Origin: Lobosporangium transversale
Lineage: Eukaryota
Assembly (NCBI RefSeq): GCF_002105155.1
Contig: NW_019029011.1
Coordinates: forward strand, 62,001 to 126,000
Reading direction: 5' to 3'
DNA: 64,000 nt
Shown here: piece by piece, positions 21,596 through 36,003 of the stretch
How the letters are laid out: each line of letters begins with the position of its first letter
Numbering within the stretch: position 1 is the stretch's first letter
The notes under the pieces: generated by a model
The model's database searches: none
Told to the model about the DNA's origin: nothing
The model's input: only the letters and a program-made list of their open reading frames with translations
Translations under genes and position numbers: made by a program

Positions 21596-23950
21596 CTATG
21601 CAATGTCCGCCTCCACAAGTCTATCCATATCATATGCTGCAATGCACTCAAGCAAAATTTTGCGTTGAACAACCTCTACGCGCTTGCCTAGAGATTGTCC
21701 CAGTTCACGCATCGCCTTCACCTCCGTTTTAAGCTTTCTACTGCTAATAACTCCTTCTCCTGCTTGATCAAAGACGATAAGATGTCGCACAGTATTATTG
21801 TCGTTTCCATTTTCTGATGGTGGCGGCAATGTAGTGGCAGCTATCGACTTTGCAAACCGCATATCACGAAGAAAGAGTTGAGGCACAACTCTTCCTCCAC
21901 CTGCACGAATCATGAGCTCAATTTCATCTCTAGTGGGGTTACCGAATTGTCCAGAGAGCTGCATTTCGCAGCCGGCGAACAATGGAGGATCCTATTCAAA
22001 CGCAATAAAATAAAATAGAAATAACGGCAATTGATAAACTCGGTTGAACAAAAAAGCTGCATAAAGGGCTATCAGAACATAAACTTACCCCCTTGAGTTT
22101 ACTTGCCCGTGATTTCTGCGGTGCATTCGTTCCATACTCATTATTGTGGATCTGGTATCCGGTTTCGTCGACCCAATATCCAGCATTCATGGATGCAATA
22201 ATCCCTACAGGAAAGTAAAAAAGAGTATATGTAAGGGAGACTGGTAATGTCTCATTACGTCCTCAAACAAATTTAAAAAAATCCTACATTCAAATCGGAG
22301 AACCCAGGATGCCCGCAAAACACCCAGAAAGAATTTGACAGTCCTGCCACTACCACTTTCGCTTTGTGCTTGAGCTAGGGTGATGGTAGCGCAATTACCC
22401 AGGAAATAAGGTGTAAAGTCAGCAGTTGTAATAAATGGTAAAGCTTTGTCTTTGTCTTTTTCCATTTCCTCAATATTGCATACTCCAGCACAGACATACA
22501 TGTATCCATTACAACGTGTGTTGCTGGAGTTAAAAGACCATCAATAACTTTGGTCTTTAAGGCTTTGGCTGTATTCTCCATTTGTTGCTGGCCGAAATCA
22601 AATTGTTAGTGACCTAGCATTCTGCCTACATGGAGCCAGAACAAAGGCATGTCTTACTATTCTAAGAGGTACCTTTTTTTGAGCCGACATAAAGGTCGCA
22701 CATAGCTCAAAGTTTGTCTCTCTAGAAGGCACTTCTTGCGTTGGCATGCAGTCCAAGGCCGTCTCTTCTAGCACAGGTCGTTTCGGCTCTGGTTTTATCA
22801 TGGAATTGCTTTGTCTTGATCCGAATGAAAATGAATGCGAGTTATCGTCATCTACCTCCTGCTTCACTTTTGATAACGGCTCTTGATTTTGAGGGTGATG
22901 TTGCTGATAGTGGTGAAGCGGTTGTGGCCCTTTTTGAATTAGTGAGCTCGACACGGATGCTATAGTCGCTTGCACTGATGGCGAGGGAGTATCCATCTGT
23001 TCTAACACTTCCTTGTTAAGAGGAGTCAGTAAAACTAAAGACAGCATCCTCTCAGCCAACTGGGCTGCTTGCTCCGGGGAAATTGAATCGAGATCAACAT
23101 CGAAGGAATCAAGTTTCATATCCACGGTACTTTCTGAGCGGTGTGGTATTATTTCTGCCATCGGTTCGATTGTAGGCTCGACGGTGTTTGCGCCTTCTAT
23201 ATTTTCCGTATTAGCATTATGCGTTTCTGATTGTTTTTGTGGTTGCGGCACAGCGTTATCAGACCTCTCACTTTTTTCTGGATATGGAAACAGTTGTGAC
23301 AGATTATCCAGAGGAGCGGCGTCATATTTTCTTGGAGCCTGTGAAAGAGCTAGTAAGGTGATCATGTGGTCAACATTAAGAGTACAAATCATACATTAAT
23401 TTTTGGTGGCAAATCCGTTCAACGAAAAAAGTATGTCAAAATTACAGAATCCATCCTCATGTTCAAAGGCGGCCTTGAGCTGCATGAAACTCTCAATCAG
23501 ACGCTCCAGGTGCTCAACTTTATTGAGACTCCTTTTAGTAATATGGGTATTACAGAGCGGACATCCATCCTTACGATCCAGCGCACGCAGGATGCATTCA
23601 CGACAAAACGTGTGGTTGCAACCGGTCGACATAGGTTGCTCTATTGTTCCTAGACTACCAATAGCAGCAAATGAAGATACAATACATAAAAGATTAGTAC
23701 TATCCAGGCAGGGAATTGTATTCTTAGAAAGTAGGTGGTTGAGAGTATGAAATGCATCACACCAGATGGGACATTTGAATTCTTCTTGCATTCGACGAAG
23801 GATTTCATAAATGTTGTCTGGTAAAATCTCTTTCTCCTTATTCTCTTTTTGGTGCTGTTTGTGCTCTTCATCATAATTAATGTTGTTGTTGCCTTGAAAC
23901 GTGATCCGGCTGAGGCGTTTTTCGTCTGCTGCATCCATTGTGGGTCTCAT
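21596..23950 (-). CDS. BRCA1/BARD1-like protein: N-terminal C3HC4 RING and C-terminal tandem BRCT, about 7 exons
   Basis: Spliced RING MQEEFKCPICLGTIEQPMSTGCNHTFCRECILRALDRKDGCPLCNTHITKRSL; BRCT1 THVVMDT...RTVKFFLGVLRASWVLRFEW; BRCT2 PPLFAGCEMQLSGQF...ELMIRAGGGRVV. Confidence 0.88.
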
Positions 23951-24105
23951 GAATGCATGGCTGCGATGAAAAGACAGGAGGAAAAATGTGCTACCAGGGG
24001 ATATGTGACAGTGATGATGTGTTGCCACCATTTTTTTCTTTTTTTTTCTTTTTTTTTTTTTTTTGTTATCAACAACATTCCTCTTGCTCCAAAACTAATG
24101 TTACC

Positions 24106-26665
24106 ATGAACTACCATGGCGCATCACATCCAAGCATTAATCACTCATCAATGCCTACAAAACAACCTTCAACATTCGAAGACAACGTGATTAACAATAG
24201 TGTCAAATCAGCCTTAAAAGAAGAAGCAGAGACAAATGCCGATACAGCCAGTGATCTACTGGCAGCGATCCTAGTCCTCTACAAAGATACTATGATCAAC
24301 TCGCCCTCAGTGCTGCATCCTCCATTGCCTTTGAGAATCTTTAGGGATTACTTGGATACACATCCTTCGTATGCAGAGCAACAGGTCTCCCAAGGCGTCA
24401 CAGACTTGGAGAAGAAATCAGCGAAGGTTGCCAAGTCATGGATTAGTTCACAAGAAGCATTTTTGCCCGTCAACTTGCTATTTTATGCCATCATTAATCT
24501 GACACGACCTGGGTCTTCTTTTACAGAATCGATTGAGGTATTGTTGCGCTCACTGGCATTTCATTAAAGGATCAAACAAACTATAGACTGCTGATATATT
24601 TGCACTTCCTAAAATATACTCCGAATCATTATCAGTTTAATGCCAAAGCAGTATTCAATGTCGTTATTGCATCCATAGCACAGGGATCTCAGGCCCGGGA
24701 CTGTGTGCAGCTCCTTGTGCTTTGTATGCACCTTAAAGATACAAAGGATTGCTGTAAGCTTTAGTCATTTCATTATAATATAATGCAATAGCTGTTGCAG
24801 ATCGAGATCCAGTTATGACTAATTTTCATATTTCCTTTTATAAAGACCCTCTGCGTACCTTGGCTAGTATGGTTTGTCTTGATATCATATGCGCAATGTC
24901 GCTGCCTATCCATGCACGAACCTCAGCCTTACGTCTTGTCCTTGGTCCTGCAGACTTTGTTTTGTATCATCTGGAAACACGGATTCGTCTTTCGGAAATA
25001 ATTTCACATCTTGTAATGGATGTATAAAAGAAATTGCTCGCCTTGATTTTTATATTTTTACTTTTTTGGTGTGCTGACATCATATTCTCTATAGTTTGAG
25101 GAAGACTGTTATGAGGATATAGAGTTCAGGACAATTGTAGTCAGACTGGCTCGAAAATTTAGATTGACGTCTCCATCCTCAGCCCTTGAGCAGGTCAAGA
25201 TTAGACTCTATCATTACCTAGAACTCGTTGTAGCTGATCCTATACAATACTGCCAAGAGCAAAGGATGTTTGCGGTACGACTTCCTTCCTACTCTATGAT
25301 TTAACATACTAGCATTGTTTTCTTAGAAAGCTGTCAAAATGAAGTCTGATTTTATTTTTTTTATCTGTTCAATGTGTGCGGATCAAACAATAGTATTTGC
25401 CAAAAGCTCAATGGAACGACGCTCTAAACCAAGACTTGATTTTTTATCTCTTCATTACCGAATACAGGCCTCAAATGCTTTTATTTTTAGAAGCTCTCCG
25501 AGCCGCAGGAATTGTTACTGTAATGTTTGAGCCAACACCTATTCAGAGTGCTATTCTTGGTGAACAAAGGTTCGACAGTTACTCCATGACCCTGTTACAC
25601 TCTCTTTATCTTCAGTTATCGAAGGTTTTTAATGATGCCCGTCAAACGAGCCTACCAAATATGTCTGATACGACGAATGATCAAATACATAACCTGGCAG
25701 TAATTGTCACATTAAAGCAACTCGAACCAACATCCAGCATCAAATTGGGTCTATCCAAATCTTCTAGTATTGTCAGTAGGGCGATAGAACATACAGAGAA
25801 GCATGTTCTTTCGGACAACATTTCCCAACTTCTTAATTTTGTCAAACGACTGTTGCAGGTCAGTAGCGTCGCTCCAATCCAATTTATGTCTAGGATACTT
25901 TGGATGACAGCAGTCAGCATGGGAGCACTTAGTCTTCTTCGTGAGCACTGTCAGTCAATTGGCCCCAAGGTACTTTACTCAGCGATATAAAGAAGAAAGA
26001 AAGTCGACATGGTTTACTTGAGCTTTTATTTTTATTTTTTTTTTTTTATAATAAACCAGTCACAAGTTTATGAGGCAACGGCACTCTGTCTGGACATTTT
26101 CCTATGCACTCTCCTGCACAGGGATGGACCACGGTGCTCTTCAATTCTGCCACCCGATATAGAGGATTCAAATTTCGAGAATTTCAAGCAAGATGTCAAC
26201 CTTGCTTTATTCTTATTTGCAACGCTTTTGCCAGCGGACGACCCATCAACATGGCGTTGCTGTCTGGTTTTCAATGATGATGGCTCTGCGGAGTTCGGTT
26301 CGAAAAATGGTCATCCCGAGCCCAATCTTCTGGCGGACTTTTTACTTCAACTGTTTGAGTATTTGATCTCAATTCTGGAAAAATTAGTCCATCAACAGCA
26401 TCAACATCAGCAACAGTCAGAATTTTCATTTACAGCAATATTGGCCGGGGTATTATTTGAGATCTTATCACTTCAAATACCTACAACTATCTTGATGCAA
26501 GAACCAATTCGAATTATCAAAGTGCTTGATGATATTTTAGACTTGCAGAATAACTCTACTTTGGTCACATTACCAGCCTGGCACAAACTATTTAGTTCGA
26601 ACGATTGCCCACACTTTTTATCAACATTGCTTGCTAGGATCAATACACTACAACGCTTTTTTTAG
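24106..26665 (+). CDS. Hypothetical Leu-rich, probably alpha-helical protein, about 6 exons
   Basis: ORF segments 24106-24537, ~24636-24753, ~24846-25021, ~25095-25274, ~25394-25969 and ~26060-26665 join through GT-AG junctions. No family recognised. Confidence 0.65.
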
Positions 26666-26778
26666 AACTGTACAATGTGTGTTGTTGTTTTTGTTCTTTT
26701 TGTTTTTGTTTATGATGAAAATTTAACTCAACAGCAGAAAGGAAAGCATGAACAGAAAAAAGTATAATGAAGGCCTAT

Positions 26779-29032
26779 TTATCGTGTTTGAACCAAATCA
26801 TCAATCTTGAGCAACATCTTGACAGTCTCGGCAGCTAACTCGATAGCGCTTGTGGAAACGAGCAAAGGCTGAATGACATTTTCATCCAAGATATTTGTGA
26901 TAGCTCCCTTTCGGACGTTGATTCCTGCAGTGGTCTCTCCCTGAGCGTGGCGGTTGCGCAATTCTGTGACGATGGCAATGGGATTCAGACCAGCATTCTC
27001 TGCCAAGGTAATGGGGATGACCTCCAAAGCTTCAGCAAACGCCTGGAAGCAGTGTGCTTCCATACCACGCAGCGTCTTTGCATACTCTTGGAGCCTCAAC
27101 GATACCTCTATCTCGGGTGCACCTCCTCCTGCAATTAAGTACTTCTTCTTGACCAAGCATCGAATGACGCATAGAGCGTCATGCAACGAGCGCTCTGCCT
27201 CTTCCAAAACAAGCGAATTGGCTCCGTGGCAAAGAATCGAGACTGTCTTGCCTGCATTCTTGACGCCGGTGATCTTGACCACACGTGATCCAGAATCCTG
27301 GACCTCGTCAATTAAATCAGCATAACCAAGCTTATCTTCTGTGAATGAATCAATGTCCGCAATGGGCTTACATCCTGTACTCTTGCAAATGAACTCGATC
27401 TCGTCTCGTTCTATGTCCTTGACGACCATGATCTTTAGTTTGGCCAAAAAGTGAAGCGAGAGATCGTTGACCGCATCACGGAGGATAGACTTTTGAATAA
27501 GAAGGACATTGCATCCAGCTTTCTTAATCTTCTTGACCATATTGAGTAAGTATTGACGCTCTTCCTTTAAAATCTTGTCCATTTGACGGTAATCATTAAC
27601 AATGATTTGGTTCTCCATCTAGTTGACATTTAAAGAAGAAGACAAAGAGATTAAGTCAGAAACTAAGATCAGTTGATAAAACACAGGGATCAAATAGTGG
27701 ATATTAGAGACTTACATCGGGCTTCGGAGGGGAAAGCTGGAACTGAATCAAACCAATCTTGGCCTTTTCAATTCTAGTAGGACCTCCAGCAGACTTGACA
27801 ACATTCTGAGCCAAAACCAAGCCATCAACCAGCTCAGTGTCATCGATGGTTCCTCCCACCTTCTTTACAATACGGATATCTTTCAAATCTACATTGGTGG
27901 CAGTGGAAGGTTCAATGACCCTCAGGACAGCGTCGACAGCAATAGGTGCAAACAATCCTGAATATTGAGAGACGATCTTGGAGTTAAGCGAAGTGCTGGC
28001 GCTCTTGAGAAGAGACTCACGATCAGAAAGATCAAGTTTTGTAGCCACCCCAGTCAAAAATTCATTTGCCTTGTGCGAAGCTTTCTGAAATGACTCTGCG
28101 ATGGTGGTAGGGTGGATGCCCTTGTTGAGCATCTTTTGGGCAGCCCCAAGCAGTGATCCTGCTAAAACAACGACTGATGTAGTGCCATCTCCAGCTTCAA
28201 CATCCTGAGCAGCAGATAAGTCAACCAACTATTAAGGTGCAAGCAGCGGCAAGGAGGTATGACAGAAGATAAATAAATGAATGTTTTCTTAAAAAAAAAA
28301 AAAAAAGAAAAAGAAACGCCCTGCTATTACTACTTGCTACTTAATAAGCCACATTACCATCTTAGCAGCTGGGTGGAGAACAGCCATATGTTTCAAGATG
28401 GTAGCCCCATCATTGGTGATGATAACCTCACCATTGCTAGTCTTGATCTACATGTTAGTACGCGGAGAGTGCAAAGCAATGTCAATAAACTAATTCACAT
28501 CATTAAGCTTTAATGATAAGGTGATTGTCTCTAACCATTCGTTACCATCTTATCCATGCCTTTGGGCCCCAAGGAGGTACGGACAGCATCGCTGACAGCT
28601 AGATTAGTAGATCGTAAAATCAATCCAGTAAAAAGATTTTAGTCCATAACAATAAAATTTCTTATACGTTGGTTTGTTGAAGAATGAATAGGATATATCG
28701 GATAAAAAGGCAGCATATTGCAATCCGTTTGTCGTTTTTCATTTTTTTTTATTTGTGTGCTCATCCTTGCATTATGTCGAACATAAGAATCTGCACATTC
28801 AGCTGATTATGACGACGTAATGTTTACTCTGAAGTCATATTGCTGCTACAATAATCTGTAGCTATTCTTAGGAGACAAAACGTATTTGTAGATGTAGTGG
28901 ACGCGACAGAAGACAAAGGAAATAAAGCGTACCCTTGGCAGCAATAATGTTGCTAAGCCGAACCTCAACTGGCTTGTCTTTATCTTTGAACGATCCACCT
29001 CCGGCCTTGGGTGCTTGTGCAACGTCAACCAT
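26779..29032 (-). CDS. CCT4: T-complex protein 1 subunit delta (CCT chaperonin), multi-exon
   Basis: Exon 1 [55 protein letters not shown] and [15 protein letters not shown]; delta-type [32 protein letters not shown] and [15 protein letters not shown]. Confidence 0.96.
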
Positions 29033-31915
29033 GGCGATTAATGTGAGTATATAAAAACAATAAAATAAAACAAGAAAAGGGATGAAGGATGGTCGATGAG
29101 AAGAGATGGGTTTAGAACGCTAAAGAACGAGATCAAAATCATTGCGAGCATATAGCATAATAGTAGCCTTATCTACGACATCGGATCGCGTGGAAATAGT
29201 GATTGGTCAATTCATCTTCAGGAATTAAACTTCTCAGAACATGTCAAAGAGACTGGACAGACTAAGTCATCATTAATTCAAGCAATGTTGCGGGCAATGC
29301 AAGAATCACGATAGATGGCGATGCCATAACTGGCATTCCCACCACCCTTGTGTTCAACTTATATTGCTTTTTGTATTTTTCTTAATACAGAGCGGTTAAA
29401 TGTCATTATTATTTTTATTTTGTGCATCCCACCAAGATGTAGTCTTTGGACACGTTTCCGTCAACACCCTCATCCTGCTTTCGAGTAGGTAGAGGCCATT
29501 GGCTTGAATGTGGCCTTTGAGGCCCTGCTCTCAATATTTCTGGGATCATGTCATGAGTCATGTGGGAGAGCCGCAGTGGTATAGGTAAAAGGTTATGGCT
29601 GCGACTACTCTTGAGCCAGAGCCCTGATAGCCACTAGGTTATCGTGTCTAAAAAGCCCTTGAATGGTTGAGGACTGAAAGGTTGACGGAAGTCGCCGAGC
29701 ACTTTACGCTCAGTACTTCTCCATCTTGGACGTCTGTATGACGATGGAAGAGGTTAATCAGGAACCTTAATGACAATGATGGCTCAACATTAATATGTTT
29801 TTAGACGCTTTATATGTCGAAAAAAAAAAAAAAAAAAAAAAAAAAAAACGTTCAAGAAAGAAGATAAGCATGGGTAGTCGTTTTTCGTGAAGATGGAGCA
29901 TTCGAATGTGGCCTAATTATTTAGTAGTATGAGTAAAAGCGATATGAGGAAAGTGTGGCATAATTTGCAAGAGAGAAGTAGAACATTGCTTGATGGCTAT
30001 TAAAGTCGCGCATATTGTCATTGAGCTCTTCATTAGCGCAGTTACTGAAGCCATTAGCTTTATTGATTAATAATATGGAGTTTTCGACTTTGAGCGAGCA
30101 ACACCAATTCTTCTCTCGTTTTACGGGTATAGGCATTTATTTGCCTGAGCTGCAAATGAAACAAGGCTGCTTGGAACGACATCCAGGCCATTCGACGGTA
30201 GTAAAGCCCTGGGCAGAAACAGTTCAATTCGATTCATTGATTCCAACTGCTTCCGTCTAACGAGAGATACACAAGGCTGTCCAACTATGTACCCGGTGGC
30301 TAGTCTTTTCTCCATGATGTCCTAATGCGATTTGACAGATAATAGCGTTCCAGAACCACGTCAAAGCATCCATCAGTGGAATCAAAATACGATCTAGAGA
30401 ACAATGGTTGATGCAATTTCACGTTAGCCCTGGGTTATCGATGGAATGATGTAACAGCGAACTTCAATTCTTTCGAATTGTCAAGAGCCTCTCTACTTTT
30501 CCAGGTCAATATTGCCAAAAATAGCGAACTAGCCTCGAGTGATCAAGGCTTGAATCAGTTTTCCAATGCGAGTTCCTGAACTTCGGTAATAAAAAAAAAA
30601 GGTGATCCTTTCATTTATACCTGCCTATGTAGTTGCTTATGTCTACAACATGCTCTGTCAAGTCAGTGTAGGCCTTCATAACAACAGGGCAGATACGCTC
30701 AAAAATACCATGGCTCAGATCTCATTTTCTGGTGATCCATTGATGTTTACGCACCATCTTGCTAAAAAGCTAGTATACTTAGCGTATAGATTAATTTAAT
30801 CAGCCAGTAGCAGTTACAGGATTGCATGTACTTGGGATTGTATATTAATATTCTACTTAGCTAAGGGATATAGGCGACTACGAGGGTATGACAACAAATA
30901 GCAATAGAGGTAAATGACTACAGTGAGTGCTCTTTATTGTCCTTCGCGAACTAATGGGTCCGATGTTCCAGGCAAAGACGACGATTACGACCAGCAATAT
31001 CATTTATATGACGAAAACATGTCGAATAAAATAGACGATGATGAAGAAGGGAGCTTTCAAAGTATGGATCCTTTGTTCCCTCTTCGTATATACCAAAGCG
31101 ATGAGTACTGACTGGTTGCTTTAGGCTTTTTGTGTATGTTTATTCCTATTTTTCTTCTTGAAGAATCTCAATTATCGTAATAGTTGGAAATACCTGGCTT
31201 CAAGCACCAAAACCAATTCCAACAGCGCTAAACTACTCGTGTAATTGATACAACAACGTAATGGTTAAGCGCATAGCCATTTTACTTTGAATAGTATGAC
31301 TAGGAGTGGTTCTAGCAGCATCATAGTGGTCGGCAACGACGGAAGAGAGGAACGAGATCAACTATAGAAAGGATACTTTGATGATAGCGCAGAGAAACTA
31401 CACCCAGCACTACACCATAGACAACATCCCGATCCCAAGGGATACCACTCTCAGTATATGAACATGTATCAGAATGGCAACATTTTCTATAATGCTGCCA
31501 ACAACATAGAGAAGTATACTTATATGAACCCACATCAGCATGATAGCTGCATGGAGGGCGGCGTACTGCTTACCACAGCCCATGTCAGATCGGTAGCGTA
31601 AGTCCAGTCCCAATCCATCTATTCAGTGATAAGCCACGTGGTTCCAGATACAACGCTCTTGTGGATCAAAACCAGAGAACTGTGCTGTACGCTCTTTTTG
31701 GCTATTTGATTAGGTTTATTTAATGAAATTCTTGTGATTGAAAGGACCAACCAAAAAAGAGCGAATAGCACAGATTTCTAATCAAAACAAACACATCAGT
31801 GATATTGGTTCCTTAGTTTCTTCCTCTGGTATCCCTTTAATTTTCGTTATCCGTTGCGCCTCAACTTTCTTCCTAAATTGCAACAATAACAACACAAATC
31901 TAGACTGGCTACCTC

Positions 31916-34303
31916 ATGACTTCTCTCGTTCCCTCTCATCCTCATTTTCCTTCTTACATCAACATCTCATTACCTACGACAATACATTCTGAAACACTGC
32001 CATCGGAACAAGTGCAAGCACAAGGACACGCACAGACACAGACACAGCAACGGATAGACCCTTGTTTTGCCATTACTAAATATCCACTCACAAACATTGA
32101 TGCGCCTTGTATCTCTGCTACTTTCGCATCACTCTACAGAGCCATTCGTATCTTTGCTGTCTTCTATAGCACTCCCGCGACTTCCGCCTGTAGTGGCAGT
32201 GCACAAACAGTCTCGCCAACACTTGCCTTTTTCCTTTTCCTGAGCATCAATTGTCTCTTGTCTTCTTTATCTTCTCCTTCCCCCCTTTTCCCATCCTCCA
32301 AACAATCTCTGCTTCCATCCTTGGCTTTATATCATCCATTGATGCTATTCCAGCCATGCGAAGCAGTTTCATACAATGTTAATTCAAACCAACGCAGCGA
32401 TGTTCCTTCCGACGATCTTCCACCACTCATTGGACCTGATTTTGCATATACACAGCATACACCGCTCGGTAATCTTGAGCATGCACGTGAATATGCAGAT
32501 GGTGCGTTGATGACACAAAAGCTCATTGCTGCGCCTATTGTCCCAATCGATCGCCAGATGTGGGTCGGGGTCGATACGAGGACAGCCTACTTTGGCAACA
32601 ACTTTGGTGGAGAAAAGATCAGTAAGGTTCCCGAGTTGTTGCAGGCGGGGATGCGCCGATTGGTGATTGATTTATGGTGGGATGGAGCGGGGCATGGGTG
32701 GCAGCTCTGTCCGAGGATCAAGAGAGATGCAAACCAGCTGTCGGGACTTCAGCTCGCCATGGAGCAGGGGCAAAATAATTTAGAGGCGTCACTGCAGTTA
32801 CAGAGAATAAGTAATAAGCAGGTTGCTGCAGACGAGGAGGACCATCCATCGACTATGCCGATAGGAGCCCACACGATGATACCAGTAATTTCTAATCAAA
32901 ATGAACACATTCCCGGATGCAAACAGTATTTGAAGTTCAAAAAAAAAGATCACAATATTAACGACAAAGTAAACAAGCTCCTGGAAAAGAGAGCTGCGGT
33001 CAATAGCAGCAACAATGATAATAGCAACGCTGAGAAAAGACAAAAAGCAAAAAAGACGGAATCTGGGGAGCATCAGTCTTCACAATCAGCACAACGTCCC
33101 GTGCTACCAACTTTAAAAGATAAAACTAAAACCAAGATCATGGTGGACGATGAAAAGCATTCAAAGACTGCAGCTTCAGAGCGGGAGCATGCTCTTGACT
33201 ATAAAGCTAGAAACCAAACTGCACTCCCTGGATTGCTCCGAAAAAACCTCCATCAACTCGCATCGAGCAAAGGCATTGTCTCATCTTATGATAAATCCTT
33301 GGCTATAGACCAGGCAATAGACGGCATCACTTGCTCGACAGGCGAGGATTTGCTGATGCTCCTTCAGGGTTTGCAGAATTGGATCGAGAAAACATCTGAG
33401 AATGAATATGAGGATGTGGTCTTGATTATTCTCAACTTGAATGAACTTGCCAGCAATACTCTAGGATCTCAATTACCCTTACGTTCACCTACACCTTCAT
33501 CACTCCTACAACCCATGCCATTGCCAACTTCAACCGATAATTCTAATACCAGAAAGTCAACACCGGTAGGCAACGGTACGACCGTAGGCCTTAAAAATGG
33601 AACTTTTTTCGAGTCAGTCGCTTCGCTGAACACCAATCGTATGATCAAGGCGCTACTACCTGACAGGCATTCCCTTCATGATCTCTTTACTGACGCATTT
33701 CCTTCATTGATCTACAGTCCTATATTGCTACAAAAGGACCGCGAGGATTTGATGTCAAGCTGGTGGAAATCGGGCGTTGTAGGACTGGATTATTATAACA
33801 CAACGACGGATCCTCTTTCGGGCCGTATCATGACTCCGACGGGTTGGCCGACTAGTGCTTATTTAACTGAAGTGATCAAGCGGCGGATTGTGGTCGGGAT
33901 TGGTTCAAATAACTTATCAGACAACTCTACTTACAATATCATGGATGACTTTACAACCCTGTATGCACCTGGGATGCTAGGCCCTTCCATGATGAATAGC
34001 AGTCTGCTTCAGGTGTCAACCTCATTGAACCTGAGTACCTGTGACTCCCCAGTGCCAGGAGTTGCTATGGTCCCAACAGGTGCTGAAACGAATTCCTCCG
34101 TTATTAAGGAGCCGAAAGAGGATGGTATTAAGAATGGCGACAACCTGAAGACTATGAATGTGACATGGTCGTTTTCGAGTATGTCAGATAGCGATCTTTT
34201 GCCGTGGTCAAATACCTCTATTCAACTTGCTGTAAGTCGATCACTGTTGAAAATGATGCCTACTGGCCCATACACCCATTTGGTTTAGCAATCTAAGTGC
34301 TGG

Positions 34304-34339
<36 letters not shown>

Positions 34340-35338
34340 CCACTCTGTCATTACTCCATATTAGACTACCTGTGGATTTTCTACCTTGGTAAAGGGTCGA
34401 TCACCGATACTAACATTCTCGGAGCAAACAGCGATGACCATCTGGTCATGGGATATAAACCAACCACCACCAAGTCAAATACGAAGTCGGGACCGTCGTT
34501 GTGGGGCTATGCAAATTAATGGGCGCTGGGCTGCACAAGATTGTAATATGAAGCTACCAGTAGCCTGTCGTCGGGTCAATACGTCTAGTGTGGTAGGGAT
34601 AGACAGCAATAATGAGTAGGAGAATATCTTTGTCTCCACATAATAGCGACTAAGCAATGTTTCTTTCCTCTTTATCTTTTGACGCATTTTTCTTCCATAG
34701 TGGATCATTTATGACCAAGGCGCTGCGAACTACAGGGATGTCACATGTCCCGAAGGCTACGCATTTGATGTACCTCGGACTGCCCGTGAGAACCATCAGC
34801 TATATTTGACATTATTGAGCTACTGGAATGCAGCAGCACCTGCATTCTCAATCAATCGCTCGCAACGTAGAGAGCACTTGAAAAAGGCGGAAGGCAAATA
34901 TCTGACTGAGAAACTTTTGAACAACGGAAATATGCCTTTTAACAATAAGAGACACGATCAACAATATCAGGACCAGGACAACTATGCAGATGATGAAGAA
35001 GAAGGCACTGATGGGTCCTATCCTTTGCCGTCTACTGTATCATACGCGCGAAATGGCCATGGAACTTCATTTCTCAACCGTGAGATACTGAATTTAACAA
35101 CCTCAAATGCGCTATCTAGATCAGGGTCCACTCTTCCGTTGAGTGGAGGCATCCCCGGTGCTGGGATGGTATGGATCGATATCTCAAGCTGGCAGACAGC
35201 GGGATGCTGGGTCCCCGGAGGTATCCATGGGACCTGTCCATACCGTCCACCTGATAATACAGTGGCACTTCAAGAGATTATCAAGGTGTCAACCATCGGT
35301 AAAGTTGTGTAAAATACGTTTTTGCTATTTATTATTAT

Positions 35339-35374
<36 letters not shown>

Positions 35375-35578
35375 TCTGACCTGTATTTTATTGCCCTTGC
35401 TTTCTCTCTGTGTATGGCTCACTGTGTGGGCACAGGAGGTGTGATTGTACTGGTCTTGATGGGCATGTTTCTTTACCTAAAATGTCGACGCAACGTGCGT
35501 TTGCGCAAGGCCAACAAGCGCCGCGCAAATGTACGCAATATGATCATACGGACCGAGGTCGAGACGGTACCTGCATAA
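31916..35578 (+). CDS. MTC6-like (maintenance of telomere capping 6 family) type I membrane protein with a C-type-lectin-like Cys/Trp domain, multi-exon
   Basis: AYFGNN...LLQAGMRRLVIDLWWD...WQLCP; WSWDINQP..RCGAM..GRWAAQDC...ACR; FDVPRTAREN; VWIDISS...CWVPGG..GTCPY; C-terminal TM GGVIVLVLMGMFLYL followed by a basic tail. The start codon is uncertain. Confidence 0.75.
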
Positions 35579-36003
35579 ATGGCAATTAGATTATTAGTGA
35601 GCATACCTCATCCAGTACCAGTCGCTTCTCATTCTCAAATCCAGGTATGCTCTTTTACTCTGATCAGCTCACATGTTGTAGTAAACAATCAACTGAAGGC
35701 AACAGGTTAACAAACTGAAGCGTTAGACCCATATGGTAATAAAATTCAAATCAGAATATGGATTATACATGATTCAGCCAATCATTGTTATTCTATAGTT
35801 AGATATTTGGATGTCTGTTCCTTTACTGAATAAGAACCACTTGGATAAGATCCACATGTTTTTCTTACTTACTTTGCTACCTTCTTCGTTATTAAGAAAA
35901 ATTTCATGGTATTTGAGCAAACATTCCTCATAATTAAGCAGATTACTTATGAATAGAAATAAATATTATACATTTTAATTATTTAAAACATTTAGTCGCG
36001 ACT

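Noticed and set aside
28600..28932. Intronic snoRNA in the long CCT4 intron 1 (GCAGCA/TGCTGC terminal complementarity)
   Set aside because: No convincing C/D or H/ACA box arrangement on the sense strand; needs an Rfam/snoscan run.
30880..31660. Hydrophobic minus-strand fragments suggesting a decayed membrane transporter
   Set aside because: No diagnostic motif recognised, so it cannot be supported without blastx.
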